From: Scyliorhinus canicula
Taxonomy: Eukaryota
NCBI RefSeq assembly: GCF_902713615.1
Contig: NC_052157.1
Location: 17,222,566-17,286,565 of the forward strand
DNA: 64,000 bases
Direction of reading: 5' to 3'
How positions within the stretch are numbered: position 1 is the stretch's first letter; each line of letters starts with the position of its first letter. Both the position numbers and the translations under genes were made by a program. The notes beneath the pieces are model-generated. The model saw nothing but the letters and a program-made list of their open reading frames with translations. It was not told the origin of the DNA and did not search any database. Below, piece after piece: positions 45,414 to 58,859 of this stretch.

Positions 45414-47405
45414 GAGTCTTTCTCCCTCTCTCTTGTGAAGCTGTCCCAGCGCGACACTTCCGGGTTGTGGTTTCAACACTTAGACACCCACAGGTATCGG
45501 GGCATCCGTGATTAGTCTGTGTGGAGTAAAAGAACCTTTACACACTGAAATGAAATTACTGTGAAAATCCCCTAGTTGCCACACTACAGCACCTGTTCAG
45601 GTACACTGAGGGAGAATTCAGAATGTCCATTCACCTAACAAGCACGTCTTTCGAGATGGCGTTCCAATCAAACGGGACGCTTTGTGCTGTATGGTGTCAA
45701 GCTTCTTTTTAAAAAAATATTTTTATTCTCCTTTTTCACATTTTCTCCCAAATTTACACCCAACAATAAACAACAATCAGTAACGGATGCAATGTCGATC
45801 CCCATATCAATAACACCGATGCCATCATCCCACCAAACCCCAGACATTGGCCCGCATGTTAACAGAATCAAGTAACAAAAAGGAATCAGGAATCACCCAT
45901 AGTTACCATTAACACATAGAGTCCCCCTCCCCAAACTCTCCCAGCTCCCCCCCCAAATGTTTGATGTAATCCAATTCTTGAAAGTGCAAAATGAATAACA
46001 CCCATGAATTGTGGAACCCCTCCATCCTTCCCTTCAGTTCAAATTTGACCTTCTCAAGAGTCAAGAATTCCAGCAGGTCCCCCCACCACACCAGGGCACA
46101 GGGTGGAGAGGTTGATCTCCATCCTAACAGGATCTGCCTTGGGGCGATCAATGAGGCGAAGGCAACAACATCTGCCTCTGCACCCATTTCCAACCCTGGC
46201 TGGTCCGACACCCCGAATATGGCCTCCCGAGGGCCCGGGTCCTGTTTCACGTGCACCACTTTAGAGATTACCCTAAAAATGAGGATTCCAGTAATCCTCC
46301 AGTTTTGGACAGGACCAAAACATATGAACATGAAATGAAAATCGCTTATTGTCACGAGTAGGCTTCAATGAAGTTACTGTGAAAAGCCCCTAGTGTGGGT
46401 AGTGGAAAGGCTTTGAGGAGTCTGGAGGTGAGTTAATCTCTGCAGAATTCCTAGCTTTATATGTGCTTTGAGTGCGAAATTTTTGCCTCGTCACAGCTCA
46501 TGACTTCTTGTCACCATTGAGAAGATATAGGGCAGCACGGTGGTGCAGTGGTTACCACAGTTGCCTCATGGCGCCGAGGTCCCAGGTTCGATCCCGCCTC
46601 AGGGTCACGGTTCGTGCGGAGTTTGCACATTCTCCCCGTGTTTGCTTGGGTTTCGCCCCCACAACCCAAAGATGTGCAGGGTAGGTTGATTGGCCACACT
46701 AAATTGCCCCTTAATTGGAAAAAAATAATTGTATACACTAAAGTTTAAAAAAAACATTGACAAGATATACTGGCCTGTCTTTTTCAAATCCAAAGTGGTT
46801 GACCTCATTTATCCCTCTTAACTACACTGCTACAGTTTATCCCACTTCCTCAATCTATAGTGATAATCATGAGGGGTCTGGACAGAGTTGACAGGGAGAA
46901 ATTGTTCCAATTGATGGGAAGATTGAGAACAAGAGTTAATTGGTAAAAGGTGCAATGACGACATGAGGAAAATACTTTTTATGCAGCTAGTGGTTAGGAT
47001 CTGGAATGCGCTGCCTGAGAGTGGTGAGGTGGTTCAATTGAGGTGTTCATAAGAGAAAGGATTACCTGAAAAGGAAAAAATTCACAGGGCGAAAGGGAAA
47101 ACTGGAGGAATGGCATTAGTCTAATTGCTTCTGCAGAGGGCAAGCACAGACACAATGGGCTGAATGGCCTCCATCTTAGTTTTCCAAGATTCTATCACTA
47201 TCCCATTACAACTTTCTGCACCCATCTGCATCACTTAACTATTCCTGTAAAACCATTGGCCTTACCTTGCAATTGTGTAAAAGTAAAGTTAGTTGGGATG
47301 GAGTAATGATTTTAAATTTAATACATATATCCATAAACATTCAGAATAATTAGCATTGTCTTGAAATGCTGAATATTTTTTCAATTAATATAATATGGAG
47401 CAAAC

Positions 47406-48696
47406 TGTGCGTAATAAAAAATTGGGAAAATATGACATTTAAAACGTAGAAAGTAACACTGAAAATGCCTGAGACTTTTAATGAAAGGGAGAAGTCCCAC
47501 AAGGGGTTAACAGCAGCAGCCTGTTTGAAAAGAAGACAGCCCCACAGACTGGAAGGAAAACAGATAGGAACAATTCATTCTGATTTACAAGTTTAAAAAG
47601 TCATTTGATCGACTTAAATTCTTAAGTTATATGAAAGGGAACAGTATTCCACAATTCTTTATGCAATCAATGATTTTATTGAACAATTAAGATAAACAGC
47701 CAGAATCTAAAGTTTAAAATAAGGAACAACTGTTAAGTGTGAAAGCTTGCTGACACCAGTAATAAGATGAGACAACTGATTAACAAATAAAGAAAACTAG
47801 AAGGTGACAAGGTTATACTATAACATACACCATTTTGACGTTAAAACCTTTTAGAAAATGGCCGAGCCAGATAAGGATAGAGTCGAAGGGGGTAACCTGA
47901 ACATGATATTAGCTTAACCCAAAGATGACCTGGGTTGAGATTGAAAGGGTCATTAAGAAAAGACATAAATCTGAAAGAGTACTGACAGAGACACAGACAA
48001 ATTTATTACATGTCAAGGAAAGCGAGCAAATTCAAAGTAAGTAATGGCGAGCTGGTGGAATGAAGCTGCGCTGTTGCTAAGGGGCCACGCTTCTAACCGA
48101 TAGAAACTAACCCTCAACTGTTAGTCTCAAACAGCAGAAGGGTGTCATTTGTAAAAGTCAGGCTGCACAAATTGCTATAAAAACTCTGACAAGTGAGCAG
48201 AGATTCAGAATAATCTTCCTCGGTGATGGGACAAGCAGCATCTGAAGACTGAGCAACCCAGAGAAGGGAACAGAAGACCAAACGTTAAAGAAAACTGATT
48301 GTCAAGATAGACTTGAAAGTCTTACAACTGGTCCGAACAAGAAAAGATCTTTTTTACCTTTCTGTAAAAGTCGTTTTTATCTCTTTAACTTGAAAATAAA
48401 GTTAAGTTTAAATTGATAACCTGAAAGAGTGGTTGTTATTATTATTAGAAAGTTTACTTTACTCTACTTAGCAAGCCGGACCCGTGTGTAAGCTACTGAG
48501 TGGTAAGTAAAGAAAATTCTTCTATGAAGATATGGGTTATGCCGGGGATAACTTTAAACACTAGTTTGACCCGAGTAGCACTCCCTAAGTCTGCATAGGA
48601 GTCAGGGAGTGAGAATCCCTGTTCACCATTTAGAATATCTTGACCCTTTTTTGGTACAGGGGGAATTCTAAGAATAGTGGTGAGGTTTCAACTTCA
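47406..48696 (+). mobile_element. Foamy-like ERV family A LTR without internal region
   Basis: Matches 18843-20304 and has a complete U5 end ...GGTGAGGTTTCAACTTCA that aligns with the family B end; no TSD found. Confidence 0.8.
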
Positions 48697-49533
48697 CGGC
48701 CCGGGTCGTTCATGTCCTGTGGGTGCCCTGGCATGTCCTGGGGCGGTCGGCATCTGCAGGGACAGGTGGGTCTACGTTTGGTTCTGCAATACACAATAAA
48801 GCCTGCATGGTTAGACACGCAGACAGGGATGGGGGGGAAAGGGGATGGGGAAAGGGGACTGGGTGAGGGGGGAGGGCGACGGGGAAGGGGGATAGGGGTG
48901 ACAGAGATAAAGGGCAACAGTGGTAGGCGGACATATACTTGCAGGCCAGTGGTTGTGTGTATGTTGGCACTGATTCACAGCCCATCCTGCCAATGCAGCC
49001 TGCATGGGTCGTGCAGCCATGCTGGTTTCAGCTAGAGCTGTGCCGCCCAGCCTGGGGGGGTGGGGGGGGGGGGGCATTGGAGGGGGGTTACTCACCCTGG
49101 CTAACCTGACTAGGTCATTGACCTTCTTGTGACACTGGACAGCTGTCCTGGCTGTTACGGCCATGGCGCTGACGGCCTCTGCCACCTCCCTTCACAGGCG
49201 CCGGCTGAGGTTAGGTGTGACCCTGCGGCCATGTCGGTGGTGCAACGCCTCCGTCCTCTGCTCCACTGCGCCCAGGAGAGCCTCGATGTCCCGCTCCTGG
49301 AACCTCGGCGATGCGCGGCGTGGCAGCCATTTTGCCGAATCTCCAGCAGTGGCGTCTTTTGTGCTGCGCCGGTCTGTGATGGGTGACGCCATCGTGATTG
49401 GCGCCACGCCGCTGCTAGCCCCTTCCGGGTCGGAGGTTTTCGGAACCTCCGGTTGGCCTGACGCCGGAGTTGTTCGCGCCGTTCTTGGCGCCGGCGTAGG
49501 GCCATCCCGCCAATTGCGGGAGAATCCTGCCCC
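48697..49533 (-). mobile_element. Truncated PIF/Harbinger transposon with Myb/SANT-like exon remnant
   Basis: TIR GGGGCAGGATTCTCCC; ATG at 49330, PRRASPRFQERDIEALLGAVEQR...AEAVSAMAVTARTAVQCHKKVNDLVRLAR, then donor AGG|GTGAGT at ~49095; frameshifted. Confidence 0.75.
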
Positions 49534-49674
49534 TAATCTTTTCAGAGATTGATCTGCCTCCAGAGCCACCCAAGAAATTAAATTTGCCGTTTTACCATTA
49601 AAAATGTCTGAACAATCCAAATAATGCACCATTGTCTCCTTCAGTTTTTTTCCCTGTATATAATCCCTGTATAT

Positions 49675-49975
49675 AATCTTTATTATTGTAACAAGTAGTC
49701 TTACATTGGCAGACTACTGCAATGAAGTTACTGTGAAATTCTCTAGTCGCCACACTACGACGCCTGTCCGGGTACACAGAGGGAGAATTCAGGATGTCCA
49801 ATTTACCTAATAAACACATCTTTCAGGACTTGTGGGAGGAAACCGGATCACCCGGAAGAAACCCACGCAGACACAGGGAGAATGTGCAGACTCCGCACAG
49901 ATAGTGACCCAGTGGGATTCGAACCTGGGACCCTGGCACTGTGAAGCAACAATGCTAACCACTCTGCTACCGTGC
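49675..49975 (-). mobile_element. V-SINE with Rex1-like tail (same type at 53395-53690 +, 60780-61045 -, 62616-62920 +)
   Basis: Shared tRNA head and core, then GAATTCTCCCTC...GTGGCGACTAG..TTTCACAGTAAC..AATAAAGATTAT tail. Confidence 0.8.
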
Positions 49976-50229
49976 ATACTGGCTGTAATTTTCCGCCCGT
50001 TGCAATTCCCTGGTCCTGCTGGCAGCGCATCCTCGCTCGTGGGTTTCCCGATGGCGTGGGGTGGTTTCAATGGAAATTTCCATTGACAAACAGCAGGAGT
50101 ATCGAATCCCGCCGCCAGCGAATGGCGCGCCACCAAGAAAGACGCTGCTGGGGGCCGTAGAACCTAACCCACTGCTTTTAGGTACAGCACAAGCCATGAT
50201 GATCCCACAAATCCAGTTGGGCAAAGGTT

Positions 50230-52960
50230 CTACAGAATCACAGAGAAATACGATGCAGAAAAGGCCCTTCGGCCCATCAAGTCTGCACCGCCGCATGAAA
50301 GGCATCTGATCTGCCAATCCTAATCCCATTTGCCAGCACTTGGTCCATAGCCTTGAATGTTAAGACGTGCCAACTGCTCATCAAGGTACTTTTTAAAAGA
50401 TGTGAGGCAACCCGCCTCTACCACCCGTTCAGGCAGTGCGCTGCAGACCGTCACCACCGCCTGGGTAAAAATGGTTTCCCTCAAATCCCTCCCCGAACCT
50501 CACACCCCACACTTTGAACTTGTTTCCCCTCGTAACCGGCCCTTCAACTGAGTGGGACAGCTGTTCCCTATCCACCCTGTCCATGCCTTCGTCATCTTGC
50601 ACACCTTGATCAGGTCGCCCCTCAGTTTTCTCTGCTCCAGCGAAAGCAACCAAAGTCTGTCCTACTACTCTTCATAATTTAAGTGTTCCATCCCAGGTAA
50701 TAGCCTGGTGAAACGCCTCTCACCCGCTCCAGTGCAATCACATCCTTCCTATAATGTGGCGACGAGAACTGCACACAGTACCCCAGCTGTGGCCTCACCA
50801 ATGTTCTATATAACTCCAAAGATGTGCAGGTTAGGTGGATTGGCCATGATAAATTGCCCTTAGTGTCCAAAATTTCCCTTAGTGTTGGGTGGGGTTACTG
50901 GGTTATGGGGATAGGGTGGAGGTGTTAACCTTGGGTAGGGTGCTCCTTCCAGGAGCCGGTGCAGACTCGATGGGCTGAATGGCCTCCTTCTGCACTGTAA
51001 ATTCTATGTAACTCCAACATGATTTCCTTGCTTTTGTAATCTATGCCACGATTGATTAAGGCAAGTGTACCATATGCCTTTTTCACCACCCTATTAACTT
51101 GCCATTCTGCCTTCAGAGATCTATTTACAAATATGCCAAGGTCTCTTTGTTCTTCAGGACTTCCCAGTACTGTGCCATTCATTGAATATTACCTTGTCAA
51201 ATTGCTCCTTTCAAAGTATAACACCTCACACTTTTCAGGATTAACTTCCATCTGCATAGTCATCCAAGTCATTTATATAAATTACCAATAATAGGTGACC
51301 CAGCACAGATCCCTGCGGTACATCACTGGACACTGGCTTCCAGTCACCAAAGCAGCCGTCTATCATCACCCTCTGTCACCTACAGCTCAGCCATCTTTGA
51401 ATCCACCTTTTCAAGTTCCCCTGTATCCCATGTGCATTTGCTCTCTTTATAAAACTCCCATGTGGAACCTTGTCAAATGCTTTGCTGAAGTATATGTAAT
51501 CTACATCAACTGCACTACCCTCATCTACACACTTAGTGACGTGCTCAAAAAATTCAATCATATTTGTGAAGCATGACCTCCCTCTAACAAAGCCATGCTG
51601 ACTATTTCTGATGAAACCTTGCCTCTCCAAGTGGAGATAGATTCTCTATTTTAGAATTTTCTCCATTAGTTTCCCACCACTGACGTGAGACTCACTGGCG
51701 TGTAGTTCCCTGGCTTATCCCTGCAGCCTTTCTTAAATTGTGGGACCATATTCGCAGTTCTCCAGTCCTTTGGCACGTCTCCCATGGCCAGAAAAGAATT
51801 AAAAATTTAGATCAGGGCCCCTGCACTCTCCTCTCTCACCACCCACTGCAACCCAGGACACAATTTGTCCGGACCTGGAGATGTCTCCACGTTTGAACCT
51901 GCCAACACCTCCAATACTTTGTCCCTCCCTATGACAACTTGTTCAATAACCTCACAGTCTCTCTCCCCCAGTTCCAAATCTACCTCCTCATTCTCTTGGG
52001 TGAAGACAGATGTGAAATATTCATTTAACACACTACCAATGTCCTCTGGCTCCACCCACAGGTTCCCCCCTTGGTCCCTAATGGGCCCTAACTTTTCCCT
52101 AAGTTATCCTCTTACCATTGATATACTTATAGAATATCTTGGGGTTTCCCCAACTTTTCCAGCTGGAGATTTCTCATACCCCTCTTTGCTCTCCTAATTA
52201 CTTACTTAAGCTCCATCCTGCACTTTCTGTACTCCACGAATGCCTCTGTTGATTTTCTCCATTTTTACTTATTAAAAGCCTCTCTCTTCCTTCTCACTGT
52301 ATCCTGAATATCTCTGGCCATCCACAGTTCCCGGGGCTTGTTACTCCTTCCTATTATCTTAGAGGGAACATGTTGCATCTGTACCGTCCCCATTTCCTCT
52401 CTGAACACCCTCCACTGCTTTCCTGTAGATCTCCCCACCAGTAACTTGTTCCAATCTACCTTGGCCAGATCCTGCTTTATTTTACAGCAGTCTGAGTCCC
52501 CTCCCCCTGCCGAATTAGTTTAAACTCCTCCCAACAGCACTAGCAAACCCACTAGCAAAGGATGTTAGTCCCGTTGTGGTTCAGATGTAGACCGTCCCAC
52601 TTGTACAGGTCCAGCCTTCCGCAGAAATGGTCCCAGTGGTCCAGAAATCTAAAACCTCCCACCTCCGCCGACTCTTAAGCCACGCATTCATCTGCGTTAT
52701 TCTCCTATTTCTATACTCGCTAGCGTATGGCTCTGGTAGTAATCCAGAGATTACAACACGAGATGTCCTGCTTTTTAATCAACAGCCTAGCTTCCTGAAT
52801 TCCTGATGCAAGACCTCATCCCTCTTTCTACCTATGTCATTGGTACCAACATGTACCACGGCCTCTGTCTTTTCACTCTCCCCCTTCAGGATGTCCTGCA
52901 GCTGATCAGTGACATCCCGGACCCTGGCACTAGTGTGGCAACACACCATCTGAGAGTCCC
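50230..52960 (-). mobile_element. Degraded CR1-clade LINE with nested SINE fragment (~50815-51010)
   Basis: SQHGFVRGRSC, FSKAFDKVPH, LYRTLVRPQLGYCVQF, LNEYFTSVFT motifs in broken frames. Confidence 0.85.
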
Positions 52961-55900
52961 GTGAGGAGTGGGGGGGGGGGGGGGGCTATTTCAGGTAGAA
53001 CTTCAGTCTGCACCACATATTGGCATTCATCCAATCCAATCCATTAACATCATATGTGGCAGACGGAATCCCCACACTGATATATATTATTTCCTTTCTG
53101 CAGGTGACATTTGCTGGGTTGAACCCCAAGGTCCCGAGCCTGAACTCCCAACTCAGTCAATAAAAATTGCCTGTGTTTCAATAAAATCAGCTCGAAACAA
53201 CCGACTGAGCAAGTTGATCGCCGCATTTTCCACTGATACTTCAAAGATATTCAGCTCCATTTCCACTGGCAACCAAAACTATCCTGAAAATGATCTTAAA
53301 ACCAAAACCTTCACCATTGATGAAATTGTAACTCCAAAATGGACCATAGTCTATCATCTGGCCCCTGATCTTAACCCTGACCAGAAAATGATGATAGCAC
53401 AGTGGTTGGCACTGATGCTTCACAGCGCCAGGGACACGGGTTCGATTCCCGGCTTGGGTCACTGTCTGTGCGAGTCTGCACCTTCTCCCCGTGTCTGCGT
53501 GGGTTCCCTCCGGGTGCTCCGGTTTCCTCCCACAAGTCGCGAACACCGTGCTTGTTAGGTGAATTGGGCATTCTGAATTCTCCCTCTATGTATGTGAACA
53601 GGCGCCATAGTGTGGCGACTAGGGGATTTTCACAGTGGCTTCATTGCAGTGTTAATGTAAGCCTACTTGTGACTATAAAGATTATTGTTATAATTTAATC
53701 CCTTGCTATGGTAACCGCATCCTACCTCCAGCTTCAACACAAAACCCTATTGTAGATCTTCGCACAAACTATAACTTACCCTGTACTTTCTCTCTGCATT
53801 TGCTTTGCAGAAGGGTTCAAGGCTGCACAGAGTGTTCTCATTTGCCAAATTGAGTGTCTCAGGGACATAGCACGCGATTTAATGACCTCGTCACACCTGA
53901 CCTGATGTCGAGATGAGGCTGTTGAAACTCACGAGAGGCCTCTTGCAAGATTTGCAACACTCAAAATGCCTCACCAGCTTTAACGGAGTTTTGCTAGATG
54001 TCGGGATCTGGATCTTGCCCTCACTGGGTGTGATCCAGATCAGCATATTTAAATGAACCATTAGGCACCTGAGGGGTCTCCCAGGCCATTAGAGACCCCC
54101 AGGTGGCTGGGGACTGGGCAGGGTGACACGCTGGCACTCCCTCTGACACATGGGCATCCTGCCAAAGCCAGCCCGGCACCCTAGAAATGCCAATCTGGGA
54201 CTGGCAGGGTGCCTGGGTAGCACTGCCAGGTTGGTAGGGGCACTGTCGGGATGACAGTACCAGGCATCAGGTCTGGGGGCCATATCATGTGGGGATGAAG
54301 GGGTGTTCCCTGGGGCCTCCCCAAGGATGGGGGAGGTTAAAATGGGTGGGGCGATGGGGGATGATGCACGATCAATTACACAAAGACGAGACTTGGATGC
54401 AATTGAGGCTTTATTACACTGAGATGGGTGGCCTCCTTCAGCAGCTGGCGAAATGGCTGTTGTACGGGGAGCACACATATTTATACTCCACCTACTGGGC
54501 GGAGCCAGCAGTCAGGGAACTACTCCCGTACCTGTAGTACAAGGCCTTACCACAAAACACCTACACCGACATCCTCTATGTACAATATATACATCAGGGG
54601 AGGGAAGGGTGGCGCAGGGCCAGGGGGGTGTGTGTGCGTGTGGAACCAGCTGGTGCCAGGTCCCTGAGGGAGACAGTAGGGAGCGACACCCCGGAGGTGG
54701 ACTTCCCAGGGAAGGCAAAGAGACGTTCATGGGGTGTTTCATTAGTCGCCATGCACAGGAGCGACCGAATGGAGTGCAGGGCGTCGGGAAGGACCTCCTG
54801 CCAGTGGGAGGCCGGGAGATTTCTGGACCGTAGGGCCAGCTGGACGGCCCACCAGACCATCCCATTCTCCCTCTCCACCTGTCCGTTTCCCTGGGGGTTA
54901 TAGCTGGTCGTCCTGCTTGAGGTGATACCCCTGTTGAGCAGGAACTGACGCAGCTCATCGCTCATGAATGAGGATCCCCTGTCGCTGTGGATGTAGGTGG
55001 GGAAGCCGAACAGAGCAAAGATGGTGTTGAGGGCTTCGATGACTGTGGCAGACGTCATGTCGGGGCATGGGATGGCGAAGGGGAACCTGGAATACTCATC
55101 GACCACACTGATGAAGTACATGTTACGGTCGATGGAGGGGAGGGGAGGGGAGGAACGCTGATGTGTTCAAAGGGGCAGGAGGCCTTTACTAGGCGCGCAT
55201 GGTCTGGCCGGTAGAAGTCCGGTTTGCAGACCTGGCAGTCTCTGGTGACAGCCCTGAATTCCTCGATGGAGTAGGGCAGATTGCGAGCCTTGATGAAATG
55301 GTAAAAACGTGTGACCCCCCGGGTGACAGAGGTTGTCGTGCAGAGTCTGGAGTCGGTCCACTTGTGCGCTGGCACATGTACCTCACGATAGGGCATCGGG
55401 GGGCTCGTTGAGCTTACCGGGGTGATACAAAATCTCGTAATTATAGGTGGAGAGCTCGATCCTCCACCTCAAGATTTCATCATTTTTGATCTTGCCCCGC
55501 TGTGTGTTGTTGAACATGAAGGCTACCGACCGTTGGTCAGTGAGGAGAGTGAATCTCCTGCTGGCCAGGTAATGCCTCCAATGTCGCACAGCTTCAATGA
55601 TGGTTTCGACGGAGGAATGCCGAATTTCGGAGGCGAGTAGGGTTTGTGACAAAAATACCACGGGCCTGCCTGCCTGGTTGAGGGTGGCGGCTAGAGCGAC
55701 ATCTGATGCGTCGCTCTCGACCTGAAATGGTAATGTCTCGTCGACTGCGTGTATCGCGGCCGTGGCGATTTCAACCTTAATACGGTTGAAGGCCTGGTGA
55801 GCCTCGGCCGTCAGGGGAAACAGAGTGGATTGAATGAGTGGACGGGCCTTGTCCGCATAGTTTGGGACCCACTGGGCGTAATAAGAGAAGAACCCCAGGC

Positions 55901-57109
55901 ATCGTTTGAGGGCCTTGGGGCAGTGGGGGAGGGGGAGTTCCATGAGGGGGCGCATGCGGTCGGTATTGGGCCCCAGAACTCCATTCTGGACCACATAGCC
56001 GAGGAGGATGGCTAAGCAGTTCATGCTGAACACGCACTTCTCCTTGTTATAAGTTAGGCTGAGGAGAGTGGCGGTGTGGAGAAATTTCGCAAGGTTGGCA
56101 TCATGGTCCTGCTGATCGTAGCCGCAGATGGTGACATTTTCCAGGTACGGAAGGTGGCCCGCAGTCCGTACCAGTCAACCATTCGGTCCATTTCCCATTG
56201 GAAAACCGGGACCCCGTTGGTGACGCCAAAGGGAACCCTGAGAAAGTGGTAAAGGCGGCCATCTGCTTCGAAGGCAGTGTATGGGCGGTCCGCCTTACGG
56301 ATGGGGAGTTGGTGGTGGGCGGATTTCAGATCCACAGTTGAGAAGACCCGGTACTGTGCAATCTGATTGACCATATCAGATGTGCATGGGAGGGGGTACG
56401 CGTCAAGCTGCATGTACTTGTTGATGGTCTGGCTGTAGTCCACAATCATCCTGTGTTTCTCCCCAGTTTTCACCACTACCACTTGGGCTCTCCAGGGGCT
56501 GTTGCTGGCCTCGATAATGCCTTCCCGAAGCAGTCGCTGGACTTCGGACCTGATGAAAGTCCTGTTCTGGGCACTGTACCGTCTGCTCCTGGTGGCGACG
56601 GGTTTGCAATCCAGAGTTAAGTTTGCAAATATGGAAGGTGGGTCAACCTTTCGGGTCGCAAGGCCGCACACAGTAAGGGGTGGTAGGGGTCCGCTGAATT
56701 TCAGTGTTAGGCTCTGGAGGTTGCACTGGAATTCTAGGCCGAGTAGCAGGGCAGTGCAGAGGTTGGGGAGGACATAGAGGTGGAAGCCGCTGAACTCCAC
56801 ACCCTGGACAGTGAGAGCGGCAATGCAATACCCCCGGATCACCACGGAGTGGGACCCGGAGGCTAGGGAGATTCTCTGCTTGGCAGGGTGTACCGTGAGG
56901 GAGCAGCGCCTTACCGTATCGGGATGGATGAAGCTCTCGGTGCTCCCAGAGTCCAGCAGACAGGAGATCTCATGCCCATCAATCTTCACATTGGTGGAAG
57001 CAGTTGACAGGTTGTGTGGGCGAGACTGGTCAATCGTGACCGAGGTGGGACGTGGCTGGTTGTTGGTGGTGGCAGGCGATGAGGTGCCCGGAGGGGCATG
57101 GGTCCTGGT

Positions 57110-57262
57110 AAGATGGCGGCGCCCACGGGCCGCATGTGTCGTGGGGAAGACAAGATGGCGGCGCCCACAGGCCGCACGTGGTGGGGGTCGAACAAGATGG
57201 CGGCGCCCACGGGCTGCACGTGGTCCGATGAGGTGAAAATGGCGGCGCCCACTGGTCGCACA
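57110..57262. repeat. Four 42-bp tandem units inside Gypsy gag
   Basis: AA(G/A)ATGGCGGCGCCCAC at 57110, 57152, 57194, 57236; encodes CxxWAPP repeats on the minus strand. Confidence 0.9.
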
Positions 57263-58309
57263 TGGGGGGAGTCGGAGCAATAGCGGTGACTGCGCGGGCC
57301 TTGCACACCGCAGCAAAGTGTCCCTTTTTGCCACAGGCCTTGCAAAGAGCGTTCCGGGCCGGGCAGCGCTGTCAGGGGTGTTTAGGCATTTGGGACCCCT
57401 GGGGTTGGTTGGCTGCTGCGTGGCACAGGCGTGGGGTTGGCTGAGGGGGGTCGCTGGTGAGGTCCACGATGGGGTGACCATCTCATGAGTCCATGATGCG
57501 TAGGAGGGATGGGCCGCACAGCCGGGGGCATAGGCCTGGATGTTGCACAAAGTGACCATCAGCGAGAGCGCTAGCTTTTCTGTCTCCGCGAGGTGGAGCG
57601 TGGCCCCTTCTAAGAGGCGCTGTCGGATGTAATCGGACCCTATCCCTGTGACAAAAGTGTCTCTCATGAGCAAGTTCGAGTGTTCCATGGCTGTGACGGC
57701 CTGACAGTCACAGTCTCTAACTAGGGGAATCAGGGCACGCCAGAAATCTTCCACTGACTCACCAGGAAGTTGACGACGAGTGGAGAGGATGTGCCTGGTG
57801 TAGAGCGTGTTAGTCCATTGAGCGTAGTTTTCCTTCAGTAGCGCCATGGCGTCTGGGAAGGTCGGCACGTCCTGGATAAGTGGAAAGCCGTTGGAGCACA
57901 GCCGCATGTAGAGGATCTGAATCTTCTGAGCTTCTGAGATTGGGTGTGGCGCAGACCCGATGTAAGCTTCAAAACAGGCTAGCCAATGTTGAAAGTCCTC
58001 TTTGGAGTTGTCTGATTGCGGATCCAGCTGCAGGCGATCCGGTTTGATGCAGAGGTCCATCTTCTGAAAACTTAGTGTAATAAATTGATGCAGATCAATT
58101 ACACAAAGACGAGAGTTGGATGCAATCGAGGCTTTATTACACTAAGGTGTGTGGCCTCCTACAGCAGCTGGCGAAATGGCTGCTGTAAGGGGAGCACACA
58201 TATTTATACTCTGCCTACTAGGTGAAGCCAGCAGGCAGGGAACTACCCCCGTACCTGTAGTACAGGGCCTTACCATAAAACACCTACACCGACATCCTCT
58301 ATATACAAT

Positions 58310-58859
58310 GGGCGCAATTCTCCCCAACAGGACAAAGTGCCGACGCCAGAGTGAAAATTGGAGTGTTTCACTCCGGCGTCAGAAGCCGCTCCTCGCCCCC
58401 TTTTCTCCCACCCCCAGGGGGCTAGGAGCGGGGCCGCACCAATTACGCGCGCCAGGCCTTGACGCTCGCGTCAAAGCGGCGCCGCGTAAATGACGCGGCC
58501 GGCGGCCCTGAATGATGTCACCCACGCATGCGCAGGTTGGCCGGCAGCCACCCGCGCATGCACGGTTGCCGTCCTCCCCTCCGCTGCCCCGCAAGACGTG
58601 GGCACCGATCGCAGACCAGACCCCTCCTGAGTACCCCCCTGGTGCCCGATCCTCCCTCCCCCCCCACAGGCCCACATGCAGCGGTCGCATGCTGTTCACA
58701 CCGGCAGCGACAACGTGTGGTTGGCGCCGGCGTGAACTGCGACACGCCGTTTTGGGGGTGGGTGGGAGAATCACGTGCGGGTGCCAGGGCGGCATGGCGT
58801 GAATCGTCCGGCACTCCCGCGATTCTCCCACCCGGCGTGGGGGTCGGAGAATCGCGCCC
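58310..58859. mobile_element. Complete PIF/Harbinger-type MITE in the Gypsy 5' LTR
   Basis: 14-bp TIRs GGGCGC(A/G)ATTCTCC, 3-bp TSD AAT; the other LTR shows the empty site. Confidence 0.9.

Larger units (their letters stand above)
25699..48696 (+). repeat. Tandem segmental duplication, copy 2
   Basis: Begins mid Gypsy RNase H (retains YAQIEKELVALVFA, deleted in copy 1); same element order as copy 1 plus extra insertions; ends at the LTR 3' end. Confidence 0.93.

Noticed and set aside
1623-48696. Duplication as an uncollapsed-haplotype artefact
   Set aside because: A unique mid-element junction, about 30 amino-acid differences and eight copy-specific insertions favour true paralogs; read depth would settle it
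52968-53558. 196-aa ORF with an acceptor-like site at ~53103
   Set aside because: No real ATG start, runs into a SINE, no recognisable domain; a minus-strand exon candidate has stops in all frames
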